64,000 nucleotides of DNA from Elusimicrobiota bacterium (GCA_041658405.1 JBBAAG010000006.1:6004-70003), one strand, 5' to 3'; counted from the stretch's first letter, positions 44,840 through 54,134 are shown. Program-made: numbers and translations. Notes: generated by a model not told the origin, from the sequence alone.

Positions 44840-47164
44840 ATGGCAACAAAACTTAACTATCTACTAATACTATCATTCATTCTCATACATGTTTCTACAG
44901 GTTATTCATATGAAATAACGGGGAAACTGTACGATTCTGTTACAAACATCGTGTTGACTGACGGGTATATTGAAATATACGGTACAGAAAAATATGCACA
45001 AACTTCTGCTGACGGTACGTATGTATTGACAATTCAGCCTACAGGGCATTACCTGTTGTCATTCCATGCAATGGGATATGAATCAAAACAAACGGAAGTT
45101 GATGTTATCGCTGATATTAATCTCGATGTTGCACTACATGAGGGGAACGTCCCGTCTCTTAACGAAATAGTGGTTTCTGCAGAAAAAGAAAAAGCTGTTG
45201 TTTCAAAACAGGAAGTTAGGAAAGAAGAAATTCAGCGTGCAATGAAAAACTATTTTGATGATCCATTAAAGATATTGCAGACAATGCCTGGTGTAGTACG
45301 TGCAAATTATTTTAGTTCAATGATGTACGTACGCGGGGGAGAACCTTGGGAAAACGCAGGTGTTTGGGATGGTATTTACCTGCCGGTACTATACCATTAC
45401 GGCGGCTTGTTAAGCGTGTATAACCTCTCACTTATTGAAAACATAGCGTTTTATACCGGTGCATATCCCGCTATTTACGGTAATGCATTATCGTCAGTAA
45501 TAAATGTAAATAACCGGAGAGGGGATTATAAAAAAATTAAAGGTTCATTCACTCTTGGGTTGATAAGTTCTAGTTTGAACCTTGAGGTACCGGTGCCATT
45601 GCTGGAAGAATCGTCGTTTATCATCGGGATGAGAAGGACTTACTATGACCTTCTTCTCAACCTGCTTATAAATAAACAGGGAATAATGTTTCCTTATTAC
45701 TACGATATTCAAGGTAACTTTACTTTCAAAACCGGGAAAAGCAAGTTTACGTTATCCGGCTTGTATTCTTTTGAGGAGATTAACATGGCTGTAAATCCCA
45801 GTACCGGTATTGCAGCCGGAGTTTCAGTCTCAGCATTGTCATTGAGCGAAACGCCTGTGGTGTCATTACAGTGGCTGTACAAACCAGCGGAAAGTTTTTA
45901 TCTTAACCTTATTGCCGGATGGACTAAACAATACTCAAAAAGTGATTTAAGCGCTGACCTATCCAGTTTTTCAATCACTGATGAATTAAACATATCCGCA
46001 ACTAAAGTACAATACTTTTATTTGTATAACTACAGTACGTCATATCTTTACAACGTGAAGCCGGTATTTCATTTCATACCTTCGGAAATACAGCATTTAC
46101 AGGCGGGGATTGATGTCCAGCAGTATCCCGATATCAAAGAAGTGTTTGATATGGAATATAGCTATACCAATCTGAATAACAGAAACCGGGTAGTAAAAAC
46201 TGTGATGGAATCTACTTCTACCGCAACTCTTTACTGCCCGTTTATTCAGGATGAGATAAGCTTGTTCAATGAAAAACTTACGCTCCTTCCGGGTTGCCGG
46301 ATGACTTACCTGGACTTTAATGGACAGACTGTCACTGAGCCACGGTTTTCTGCTGAGTACAGTATTTCACAAAACGATACTGTAAAACTTGCAGTTGGGA
46401 AAGTTACACAGTTTATCGCTGAACCGCGGGTGTTAAAAGATAAGGATAAATCTGGTTTAAAGCTTCCGGAAGCATGGCATTATGTTGCTGGTTATGAAAA
46501 AGATATTGCAGAAGGAGTTTTATTACGGACAGAACTGTTCTATAAAGATTATAGTAACCTGATATTATTTGAAAGTAATAATTTTAATTCTACTGCTTCT
46601 AATAATATGTACGGCTATTCCCGGGGCCTGGAATTATTTGTTGAAAAGAAAAAAAGTGGTAATACAAACTTGTCCGGATGGATAAGCGCAGCGTTGCTTG
46701 ACTCGCGGCGTGTTATTTCATCTAAACTTTCATCAGGTAGTATTATTCCTGTGAATGAAGAGTTTTATCCGGATCAAGACAGGCGGTTTAATATGTCTAT
46801 TGTAGTGGACTGGAAAATATCAACGAAACTGATGTTATATTCTGAGTTTGATTATACTACCGGCAGCCCGTATACTCCAATAACCGGTGCTACAAAAAGA
46901 GTATATAGTTCCGGGAACGTGTCGTATCAGCCTGTATACGGTAAGTATAATTCAGAACGGCTTCCTGACTACCATACGCTTGACGTCAAGCTGGATTATA
47001 AGTTTAAATCGTTTGGCATAGAGTCATCATGTTTTTTACAGGTTAATAACTTATATAATCATACAAATGTTATGGGTTACGATTACTCCCGCGATTATTC
47101 AGTAAAAACAGAACGAAGTTACCTGGGATTATTGATAGTTACCGGCCTGGAATTTGTATGGTAA
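44840..47164 (+). CDS. TonB-dependent outer-membrane receptor with N-terminal carboxypeptidase-regulatory-like domain
   Basis: ATG at 44840 after AAGGTG. Signal peptide. YEITGKLYDSVTNIVLTDGYIEIYG...DGTYVLT is a CarboxypepD_reg-type motif. A plug and a long beta-barrel follow. The terminal residue is aromatic (..GLEFVW). Confidence 0.7.
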   Translation: MATKLNYLLILSFILIHVSTGYSYEITGKLYDSVTNIVLTDGYIEIYGTEKYAQTSADGTYVLTIQPTGHYLLSFHAMGYESKQTEVDVIADINLDVALHEGNVPSLNEIVVSAEKEKAVVSKQEVRKEEIQRAMKNYFDDPLKILQTMPGVVRANYFSSMMYVRGGEPWENAGVWDGIYLPVLYHYGGLLSVYNLSLIENIAFYTGAYPAIYGNALSSVINVNNRRGDYKKIKGSFTLGLISSSLNLEVPVPLLEESSFIIGMRRTYYDLLLNLLINKQGIMFPYYYDIQGNFTFKTGKSKFTLSGLYSFEEINMAVNPSTGIAAGVSVSALSLSETPVVSLQWLYKPAESFYLNLIAGWTKQYSKSDLSADLSSFSITDELNISATKVQYFYLYNYSTSYLYNVKPVFHFIPSEIQHLQAGIDVQQYPDIKEVFDMEYSYTNLNNRNRVVKTVMESTSTATLYCPFIQDEISLFNEKLTLLPGCRMTYLDFNGQTVTEPRFSAEYSISQNDTVKLAVGKVTQFIAEPRVLKDKDKSGLKLPEAWHYVAGYEKDIAEGVLLRTELFYKDYSNLILFESNNFNSTASNNMYGYSRGLELFVEKKKSGNTNLSGWISAALLDSRRVISSKLSSGSIIPVNEEFYPDQDRRFNMSIVVDWKISTKLMLYSEFDYTTGSPYTPITGATKRVYSSGNVSYQPVYGKYNSERLPDYHTLDVKLDYKFKSFGIESSCFLQVNNLYNHTNVMGYDYSRDYSVKTERSYLGLLIVTGLEFVW

Positions 47165-47191
47165 CGGAACAAATTCATAAGTCTTTTGTTT

Positions 47192-49009
47192 TCATTTGAC
47201 AGGAAATTCAGTAATCCTTAAATTTGTCCATCCGTAAGGGATTAATTCAAGATCTTCAACTTGTTTAGAGTTATTAATTTTTTGGCCTTTAACTTTTACT
47301 GTAACCGGTACTTTTGCAGATTTAAAAACAAAATCATTTATTTTATAATCAATAAATTTTAAATTACTAACATTTTTTTTCATAAGTGCATAATTCCATG
47401 GAGTTGTTGGCCGGATTTCCCAATCAGCATGAGGGAGTTCCCTGTATGGTGTATTTTCATTTATACGTTTCCATTTTTCACCGATTTTTAATGAATAAAT
47501 AATTGGCCCGCGTTTTATTGCTACGGTATTATTCGGTCTTTTCAGAACCTCTGGTTGCATCGGATATTTTAGCGTAATTATAGTCAACCCGCTCCACTTT
47601 TTGTTAATCCTAAAAAAATGGCCGGGTTTCACAGTATCTCCCAGTGTTTTATTATTAACTTTAATAAGTGCTTTCCTGGCCCACGATGGGATTCGTAAAG
47701 ATAAAGGAAATCTTACTGTTTTATCAGTTTTAAGTTTTATTGTTATAGTATCGCTGAAAGGATAGCTTGTTTCTATACTTGCTTCTATCTTACTGCCGTT
47801 GATATTAGTGATTACTTTACTCGGAGCGTAAGCACAAACTGCTAAACCGTTATCTTTTGATTTCATCCATAAATGCGCAGTGAATTTAGGCCATCCCTGG
47901 CTCAGATTTGCGGTACAACACCCGAAGTGAGGTTCTAGCCCAAAGATATTTGCATCAGGCCCGTTTGTTGTCCACACAGGGTTGGGATTTATTACACACT
48001 CAATTTGATTAACCTGCTGATCGTATTGGTGTGCCCACATATCAGGTGAAAATGTTGCGGGTAATGCATTAAACGCAATTAGTTCCAGCCTATCTCCAAA
48101 AACTGTATCTCCTAAAATTGATAATAATATTTCTAATGAATACATATATTCTACAACTGCGCATAGCTCTGTTCCCTGAACAGGATTTAACCCTGCTAAA
48201 CACTCATCACCTGAAAAAACACCTGTAACCATTCCATGATATTTATCAAGTTTATCGATCATCTCATACACTGTTTGTTTGTCAATATTATCGCCGGTCA
48301 TCTGATAAATTAATGCGTGCGACTTTACTGCCATTGCGTTATTCACAACGTGGCCCATGTAATTCCATCCACCCTTGGGTGTTGCTTTTGTTATTGGCCA
48401 GTTTTTAAAGTAATTACCCCAGTTAAAACCCTGAGCATATAATTTTATGGCTAATCTCAGCAGCCAGTCTTCCTTCGTTTTCTGATATAACCAATAAATT
48501 GGTATCAGTGCCTCGAACCATCTGGAATGCGCCCAGTTATTTACTGTGTTTTTGTTTATATGAACATTAATATTCTTACATGCTTTTTTTACTACATCTA
48601 CAATTTTTTCATTTTTGGTTACGTCATAATACTGTGTCAGGACTTTTAACACTAAAAACTGTCCCCATAAATCATAATTTTTGTAATACGGCCCAAGCCA
48701 TCCGTCGTCCTTCTGGTTGGAAATAATATAAGACATGTATTTATTTACTTTATTTATTAGTTTTTTATCCCGTAATAAATAGGCAAGAGGTAGAACACCG
48801 TCCAGCCAGTACGGAGCCCTCTCCCATCCTTCGGCATCACCGCCGAACCATTTACTGTTTTTTATATCAGGCCAAAATTCGTCAACTTTCCCGCTTAAGC
48901 TTTTTGCCTGGAGTTTAAGTTGATTTTTTAACCATCCCGAAGGCTGGATTTCTGTGATTGAAAGCGGAGTAAAAACAGGTTCTTTTATTAGCTTCATAAA
49001 ACTTATCAC
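47192..49009 (-). CDS. GH127-family (DUF1680) beta-L-arabinofuranosidase-like six-hairpin glycosidase
   Basis: 605 aa, cytoplasmic. The GH127 Zn-site arrangement Glu-x-Cys (GTELCAVVE) ... Cys-Cys (HFGCCTANLSQGW) is present. Confidence 0.55.
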   Translation of the reverse strand: MISFMKLIKEPVFTPLSITEIQPSGWLKNQLKLQAKSLSGKVDEFWPDIKNSKWFGGDAEGWERAPYWLDGVLPLAYLLRDKKLINKVNKYMSYIISNQKDDGWLGPYYKNYDLWGQFLVLKVLTQYYDVTKNEKIVDVVKKACKNINVHINKNTVNNWAHSRWFEALIPIYWLYQKTKEDWLLRLAIKLYAQGFNWGNYFKNWPITKATPKGGWNYMGHVVNNAMAVKSHALIYQMTGDNIDKQTVYEMIDKLDKYHGMVTGVFSGDECLAGLNPVQGTELCAVVEYMYSLEILLSILGDTVFGDRLELIAFNALPATFSPDMWAHQYDQQVNQIECVINPNPVWTTNGPDANIFGLEPHFGCCTANLSQGWPKFTAHLWMKSKDNGLAVCAYAPSKVITNINGSKIEASIETSYPFSDTITIKLKTDKTVRFPLSLRIPSWARKALIKVNNKTLGDTVKPGHFFRINKKWSGLTIITLKYPMQPEVLKRPNNTVAIKRGPIIYSLKIGEKWKRINENTPYRELPHADWEIRPTTPWNYALMKKNVSNLKFIDYKINDFVFKSAKVPVTVKVKGQKINNSKQVEDLELIPYGWTNLRITEFPVK

Positions 49010-49170
49010 CTTTTCTGATGTACTATGATATCTAGAGTACTCCCCATTGTCAATACCAGTCTATGAGATGAACAAGATATAGCCGTAGTCGTAATTTCTC
49101 TTTCCTTTTTGCTACTTTTTCCTTTCTCTTTGTTAATTCTGTGCATACTGTGGATAACCCATTTCTGTCT

Positions 49171-49617
49171 TTACTGTTTCGTTCCTGACGACAATAATTT
49201 TATTGACAACGCTTCTGTAAGCATAAGTTTGTCCTCTACTAGCGTTTTGACTTCTTTGAAAACATTTTCGGATCCAAATTTTGTATCCTTATTCTCCTCA
49301 TCACTTCTGCAAGTGGTCACAAAAATATGTTTCCCGATACTTTTCATGTGTTTCCGTATAAACCCGCGTATCGGCGAGACAAGTTGGCCCATCCAGATAG
49401 GGGTTAGGATAATTACCCGGTCATAAGGCGCAGGATCGTGACTGGTACGTTTTGTCATTGTTCCTATACGCATAAGGGAGAGTAAGATTAATAACGGGAA
49501 TAATTTTGGAACTGGTACTATAGCTTCAACATCGCACTGTAGTTCCCGGGCAAGCCGTTTCGCGGCGTATTCATTATTTCCCGTGAATGAATAATAATAA
49601 ACTACCGTTTTTTTATA
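49171..49617 (-). pseudogene. flavodoxin-family protein gene with no in-frame start codon upstream of the flavodoxin N-terminus
   Basis: The ORF track calls an ATG at 49473, but the reading frame is open upstream to a TAA at 49618-49620. The extension (Y)KKTVVYYYSFTGNNEYAAKRLARELQCDVEAIV... is the canonical flavodoxin N-terminus and FMN phosphate loop. No ATG/GTG/TTG precedes it (TAA TAT AAA AAA ACG GTA), and it sits next to an A7 homopolymer. Confidence 0.45.
49188..49345. repeat. direct repeat copy 2 (matches 42349-42499)
   Basis: ...cgttttgacttctttgaaaacattttcggatccaaattttgtatccttattctcctcatcacttctgcaagtggtcacaaaaata... Confidence 0.65.
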
Positions 49618-49671
49618 TTACCACTACTACATTTACACCCGTTCTATTTTGTTGTTACCCGGGAAGTTTCA

Positions 49672-50508
49672 TTACCAATGATAACTCAAACATGGAGACA
49701 GTAATAGTGTTGTAGTAGAACCTGAGTGTACAGTTTCTTTTCCGATGAACAGTTTGGCATCCAGCCTTAAATGCATATTGTGCTTAGCCCAAAACTCAAT
49801 CCCAGTACTCATAATCGGCATAGGACCCTCAACGAATTCGTCATAACTGTATGTATAAGTAAGCCAGTAAGCATGAACTTCGTTATAATACAACCCTGCC
49901 CCAAAATATACCGAGAAATTAGTATCATAAAAAAAATGGTATTTCACAAGCATGGGAAACGAATAATGGCGGTCATTACCGAATCCTGTGTGCCTATATA
50001 TATCATCTGGAAAATAGTTGTATGAATCACTTCGTGTATACGCACTTGAATTTAGTTCAACACCCCAGCCTTTAGGCCCTACAAACTCATAAAATATTCC
50101 AAAACCGTATACGGTAGATGAAGATAAATGAAAAACATCTCCGCCTGCTGTTATTCCTGCTCCCCCGACTTTAAGTTTTATTCCTGTATAGACAACTATA
50201 TTTCCTGGTTCTACACGCCCGGTGTAATTATGAATTACCCTGCCAATAGATTTGTGGGCTTGTACTCTAGTGATTCGCAGTTGCCCAATTTTTGTGTTTT
50301 TATTCCAAATATCGAATACCTGTCTTTTTTCAATGTCGTCCAGCATCCCGCTGCCAACTGTTACAGTTCTCCCATCAACTTCTGTGATTTGTATCTGTTT
50401 AGTTAGACTGGTATCCAATTTTGTGGTACTAATTTCTGCTTGTGCTTTTGTGTTTATACCCACAATAAATATACTACAAAACAGTAATAAAACACATATT
50501 TTTTTCAT
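49672..50508 (-). CDS. outer-membrane beta-barrel protein with N-terminal soluble domain, hypothetical
   Basis: Signal peptide MKKICVLLLFCSIFIVGINTKAQA. The C-terminal half has alternating aromatic/hydrophobic strands ending ...LSYHW. It is co-directional with the DUF3494 gene 26 nt upstream. Confidence 0.55.
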   Translation of the reverse strand: MKKICVLLLFCSIFIVGINTKAQAEISTTKLDTSLTKQIQITEVDGRTVTVGSGMLDDIEKRQVFDIWNKNTKIGQLRITRVQAHKSIGRVIHNYTGRVEPGNIVVYTGIKLKVGGAGITAGGDVFHLSSSTVYGFGIFYEFVGPKGWGVELNSSAYTRSDSYNYFPDDIYRHTGFGNDRHYSFPMLVKYHFFYDTNFSVYFGAGLYYNEVHAYWLTYTYSYDEFVEGPMPIMSTGIEFWAKHNMHLRLDAKLFIGKETVHSGSTTTLLLSPCLSYHW

Positions 50509-50534
50509 TCTTCTAATTCCCTCTATCCCTTGCC

Positions 50535-51413
50535 TTACGGGGCAGGTTGTACAACCGTGTTGGAATCAAGAGTTACCGCAGTCTGCGACAATAATCTGCC
50601 GTTTATCGTTGCACCAGTATTCAGCGTAATTGCTGTTTGTGACAGTATCACCCCTTCAAAATGCGCGGTCGTATCAAGGGATACAGCACCAAAGGCCTGC
50701 CAGAAAATGTTTTTGGGTAGTGCACCGCCAGATAGTATCACATTCTTCGCAGCGGCAATGGTTAGATCTCCCGATATCTGGAAGATCCATACATCGTTTG
50801 GCCCACCCGAGAGCGTAACATCCGTCGGGATTAAAAGACTGGTACCCCATTTATATGTACCCGCGGGTAGTGTCATCCCGCCAATATTTCCCGCACCAAT
50901 TTCGGTAAAATCAGCAGCTCGTCCTGCGGCATTGGTGTACGCAGTTTCCATATTGCTTACAGCTGTTGTCAGGTTAGCAGGGGTTGGAACCGCATAGTCG
51001 GCAGCGTATATCCTTCCAGTAACTTGAGTGGCAATTGAAAATTGATTTGAGACATCCATTGCTTCTGAAAATCCTGTGATACCGATCGCTGCGATGGGAC
51101 TCACTCCGATATTACCAGTGATTGCGGAGGTTGGAATGGTTGAAATACCTGATTTTGATAGAATCACATAATTTCCAGCTGTTCCAAGAACCACTGGTAC
51201 TGGGCCTGCTCCTAAGCCGTCTCTACCCGTTCCGTCGCCTGGAGTTGTTGGGGCGACGATCTTTTCCTTGTTTTTATCTACCACTTTCTTATCCAACTCT
51301 ACCACTTTTTGTTTTATTGCGCCTGTCATACCAAATCTTAAACCTGCAGCAGTTAAAACAGAACATGTAAAAATACAAATCGTAAAAACTAAAAACACTT
51401 TTTCAAATTTCAT
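50535..51413 (-). CDS. DUF3494 ice-binding-protein family (IBP-1 fold) secreted protein
   Basis: The start ATG at 51413 carries a GGAGGAG RBS. Signal peptide. Family-characteristic segments are LGTAGNYVILSKSGISTIPTSAITGNIGVSPIAAIGITGF, LPAGTYKWGTSLLIPTDVTLSGGPNDVWIFQI, KNIFWQAFGAVSLDTTAHFEGVILSQTAITLNTGATINGRLLSQTAVTL. Confidence 0.75.
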   Translation of the reverse strand: MKFEKVFLVFTICIFTCSVLTAAGLRFGMTGAIKQKVVELDKKVVDKNKEKIVAPTTPGDGTGRDGLGAGPVPVVLGTAGNYVILSKSGISTIPTSAITGNIGVSPIAAIGITGFSEAMDVSNQFSIATQVTGRIYAADYAVPTPANLTTAVSNMETAYTNAAGRAADFTEIGAGNIGGMTLPAGTYKWGTSLLIPTDVTLSGGPNDVWIFQISGDLTIAAAKNVILSGGALPKNIFWQAFGAVSLDTTAHFEGVILSQTAITLNTGATINGRLLSQTAVTLDSNTVVQPAP

Positions 51414-51418
51414 TTTAT

Positions 51419-51425
51419 CTCCTCC
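51419..51425 (-). promoter_or_regulatory. Shine-Dalgarno (GGAGGAG) of the DUF3494 gene
   Basis: ctcctcc on the + strand, 5-7 nt upstream of the ATG (51411-51413 complement). Confidence 0.5.
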
Positions 51426-51456
51426 GATAATTATCATATTTCATCTATTACAGCTA

Positions 51457-51933
51457 TCATTTTTTCCCAAAATAATAATTTATTCCGAAATTAACCACGT
51501 ATTCCAAGTCGTTGACAGACTCTGATGAGCCTTTGTCTGTAAGTGATACAATGGCAGGGCCAAAATCTAATTGAACCGAAAAACTTTTTACAAAAAAATG
51601 CTCAATACCGGCAAAAACTTCTCCTGTTATTCCCGTTCCCTCGCTATTGTTTCCCTTAAACGAAGCATAGTCTACTTCCACACCCGCAAAAGGCAGAATT
51701 GTTTTTATAGGCCTAAAATACCAATATCCTCTAAAACCGCCGAGAATAATGTTGTTTTCACTCTGGCTTTTCAGTTCAAGAGATATTTTATCACTTAAAA
51801 AATACCTTACCCCGACTCCCGGATAATTTAATCCTAATCCAATATCACCTTTTACAACTTCTCCATAAACAACAGGTGCAAGAAACAATAAACTACATCC
51901 TAGAAACAAGCAAACCAACTTTTGAGTTTTCAT
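51457..51933 (-). CDS. small outer-membrane beta-barrel protein (paralogue of 32411-32881)
   Basis: Signal peptide MKTQKLVCLFLGCSLLFLAPVVYG. Eight predicted strands. It shares LPFAGVEVDYASF...GTGITGEVFAGIE with the other small barrel and ends in F-rich strands (NYYFGKK). Confidence 0.6.
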   Translation of the reverse strand: MKTQKLVCLFLGCSLLFLAPVVYGEVVKGDIGLGLNYPGVGVRYFLSDKISLELKSQSENNIILGGFRGYWYFRPIKTILPFAGVEVDYASFKGNNSEGTGITGEVFAGIEHFFVKSFSVQLDFGPAIVSLTDKGSSESVNDLEYVVNFGINYYFGKK

Positions 51934-51984
51934 CTAAATAACTTCCTTTACTTTCCTTTGTTTTTAAAACTTCATTCTGCTAAA

Positions 51985-52082
51985 TATAATGATACTTAAA
52001 GCAAAAATATAGATGAATCGGCTGGTTCTGCTTTTGTCTGACTTATTTCTGCTTATTCAGCTGTATTTGATATAATACAACT
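51985..52082 (+). repeat. about 100-nt intergenic element copy 1, containing a conserved hydrophobic mini-ORF (52013-52075: MNRLVLLLSDLFLLIQLYLI)
   Basis: About 85% identical over roughly 55 nt to 62530-62590, with weaker similarity in the flanks. The mini-ORF stop lies 8 nt before the FG-GAP gene ATG at 52083. Confidence 0.5.
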
Positions 52083-54134
52083 ATGAAAGATATTACACAG
52101 AATGACAATTATCCGAAATTTGGATTACCAATACCGCAACCGTTGTTAAGCAATTACGGGCCAATAATGTTTGGCGGCTGCGGCGCAAAGTTTCGTGTAG
52201 TACATTGGCGCAAGAACGGTAAACGCGGTATAATTTGTGGCGGTGTTGGCGGTGCAACAAATCCAATACGGTACTATGAGGAACGACCTAACTCTCGGAG
52301 CGAACTACAGTTTGTTTACATTAAAACATTAGCACCGTACAACCCTGACTACATAACTTACCCGACAGTGATAGACTGGAGTGGTAACGGTACACGCGAT
52401 ATAATATTTAATACACGTAATACTATGCTATATCTCAGCCGCTCGACAAACAATGACGAACTGCCTGATTATGCTCAACCGGAACCGGTTAAAGATATTG
52501 ACGGCATACCTTTTTCTTTTGAATACCACCATCCTGATCACGAGATTGATACCCTTAACGGTTATACTGATGAACGGTACCACAATTATTTATGTACTGA
52601 AGTGTTTGATTGGTATGGAGATGGAGGCCGTGATTTGTTGGTTGGTGACGAAACCGGCGTGATTTGGCTGTTGGAAGATGTTTCACAGGATAGAGGCGAA
52701 CCAAAATACCATAGTGAACATTATACGAAACGTTCACGACGTGATGACCCAACCTCGCCGTCGTACAAAAAATCGCGGTTTGAAGAAACAACCGGGCAGG
52801 TGTTTGCAAAACCAACCCGGATGCTGACAGACATTGACGGCAAAACTATTCGTGTCGGCCATGGTTGCTGGGGCAACGCGAAGTTAGCCGGGTTTTGTGC
52901 GAAACCGAGTATAGTTGATTGGGATAGAGACGGCAACCCTGACCTGTTGATACCCTGTGGTGACCGGAAAGATTCGGAGATAGTGTTTTATCGTAATGTA
53001 GGCAAATCAAAAGACGGGTCACCGTTATTGAAATATGAAGGACAAATCTGTGATTACCAGGGTAACAAACTTGGATTACCGCGGCACGATTTTATTGTTG
53101 TTACTGACTGGTTTGGGAACGGCAGAAACGATATGTTGCTTGGTGATAGAGGACATATAAAGGTTTATAAAAACATTTCAGATGATGCACGGAACCCCAC
53201 TCTAAAATTTGAAAGTTACCTTTGCCAGGAAAACGTGCAGATGGCAATTAACATGAAACTACACATTTGCGATTATAATAACGACGGTAAAAATGATATC
53301 GTTGAAGGCGGGACTGATGGAATGGTAAGGGTACGGTTTAATGTTGGTACAACAACCACCCCGTTATTCTCAGCAGACCCGGTTTTCTTAACTGATGATA
53401 AAGGCAACAAAATCCGTGTTTTTGGCGAGACTGACCCTACTGCGGTTGAGGAGTACGGTGACTCATCACCGTTGGTAACCGACTGGGACAATGACGGCAT
53501 ACCTGACCTGCTGTTAGGCAGTGATACGGGCCATATATATTTCTATAAAGGAATGTTAGATAAAAGCCAAAAATATCCCACCAAATTTGTTGATAAAGGC
53601 AAACTTTGTGATGGGACCGGAAAAATAATTAAAGTTCATAACCGCACGGACATTTGTTTACTAGACATTGACGGTGACGGTACTGACGAACTGTTAATCA
53701 GCGGGGTAACGTACCAGCTAGGACACAAAACTGATACTGATATTGGCGGCGATGTAGTGTACTTCAAAATTGTTGGGCGTAATAGTGACGGTGTACCGAT
53801 ACTATCCGAACGTCAACCGTTCATCGTTGACGGTAAACCCATTAAAATCATGCCAAACCAGAATACACGTATAAAACCCGGCGATTTTAACCACGACGGC
53901 AAAATCGAGCTTTTTTTCTGGTGCAACTCGATGGGTAACAACATAATCCGGTACCGTAATGGTAAAACAGGTTCGCGTGAATGGTATTTTGCGGAAACTA
54001 TTGCCGGCGGGTTCGGCCTCGGAGTACCCGGTGATATAGATAATGATGGGTGGGTAGAATTTGTCTATGGCGGCGGTGAGTCTGGTCGCGGGGTGTACTA
54101 CTCAAACTTCTGGAAAGATAAGGATGTAAGTTAA
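52083..54134 (+). CDS. FG-GAP/VCBS-repeat beta-propeller protein (integrin-alpha-like), no recognisable signal peptide
   Basis: Repeated Ca-binding DxDxDG-type loops: DWDRDGNPDLL, DYNNDGKNDIV, DWDNDGIPDLLLG, DIDGDGTDELLISG, DFNHDGKIELF, DIDNDGWVEFVYGG. 683 aa. Confidence 0.7.
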   Translation: MKDITQNDNYPKFGLPIPQPLLSNYGPIMFGGCGAKFRVVHWRKNGKRGIICGGVGGATNPIRYYEERPNSRSELQFVYIKTLAPYNPDYITYPTVIDWSGNGTRDIIFNTRNTMLYLSRSTNNDELPDYAQPEPVKDIDGIPFSFEYHHPDHEIDTLNGYTDERYHNYLCTEVFDWYGDGGRDLLVGDETGVIWLLEDVSQDRGEPKYHSEHYTKRSRRDDPTSPSYKKSRFEETTGQVFAKPTRMLTDIDGKTIRVGHGCWGNAKLAGFCAKPSIVDWDRDGNPDLLIPCGDRKDSEIVFYRNVGKSKDGSPLLKYEGQICDYQGNKLGLPRHDFIVVTDWFGNGRNDMLLGDRGHIKVYKNISDDARNPTLKFESYLCQENVQMAINMKLHICDYNNDGKNDIVEGGTDGMVRVRFNVGTTTTPLFSADPVFLTDDKGNKIRVFGETDPTAVEEYGDSSPLVTDWDNDGIPDLLLGSDTGHIYFYKGMLDKSQKYPTKFVDKGKLCDGTGKIIKVHNRTDICLLDIDGDGTDELLISGVTYQLGHKTDTDIGGDVVYFKIVGRNSDGVPILSERQPFIVDGKPIKIMPNQNTRIKPGDFNHDGKIELFFWCNSMGNNIIRYRNGKTGSREWYFAETIAGGFGLGVPGDIDNDGWVEFVYGGGESGRGVYYSNFWKDKDVS

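Noticed and set aside
49109-49426. 105-aa + strand ORF and its counterpart 42399-42596
   Set aside because: Both are antisense frames of the duplicated flavodoxin-derived repeat. Their similarity to each other comes from the DNA repeat, not from a conserved protein.
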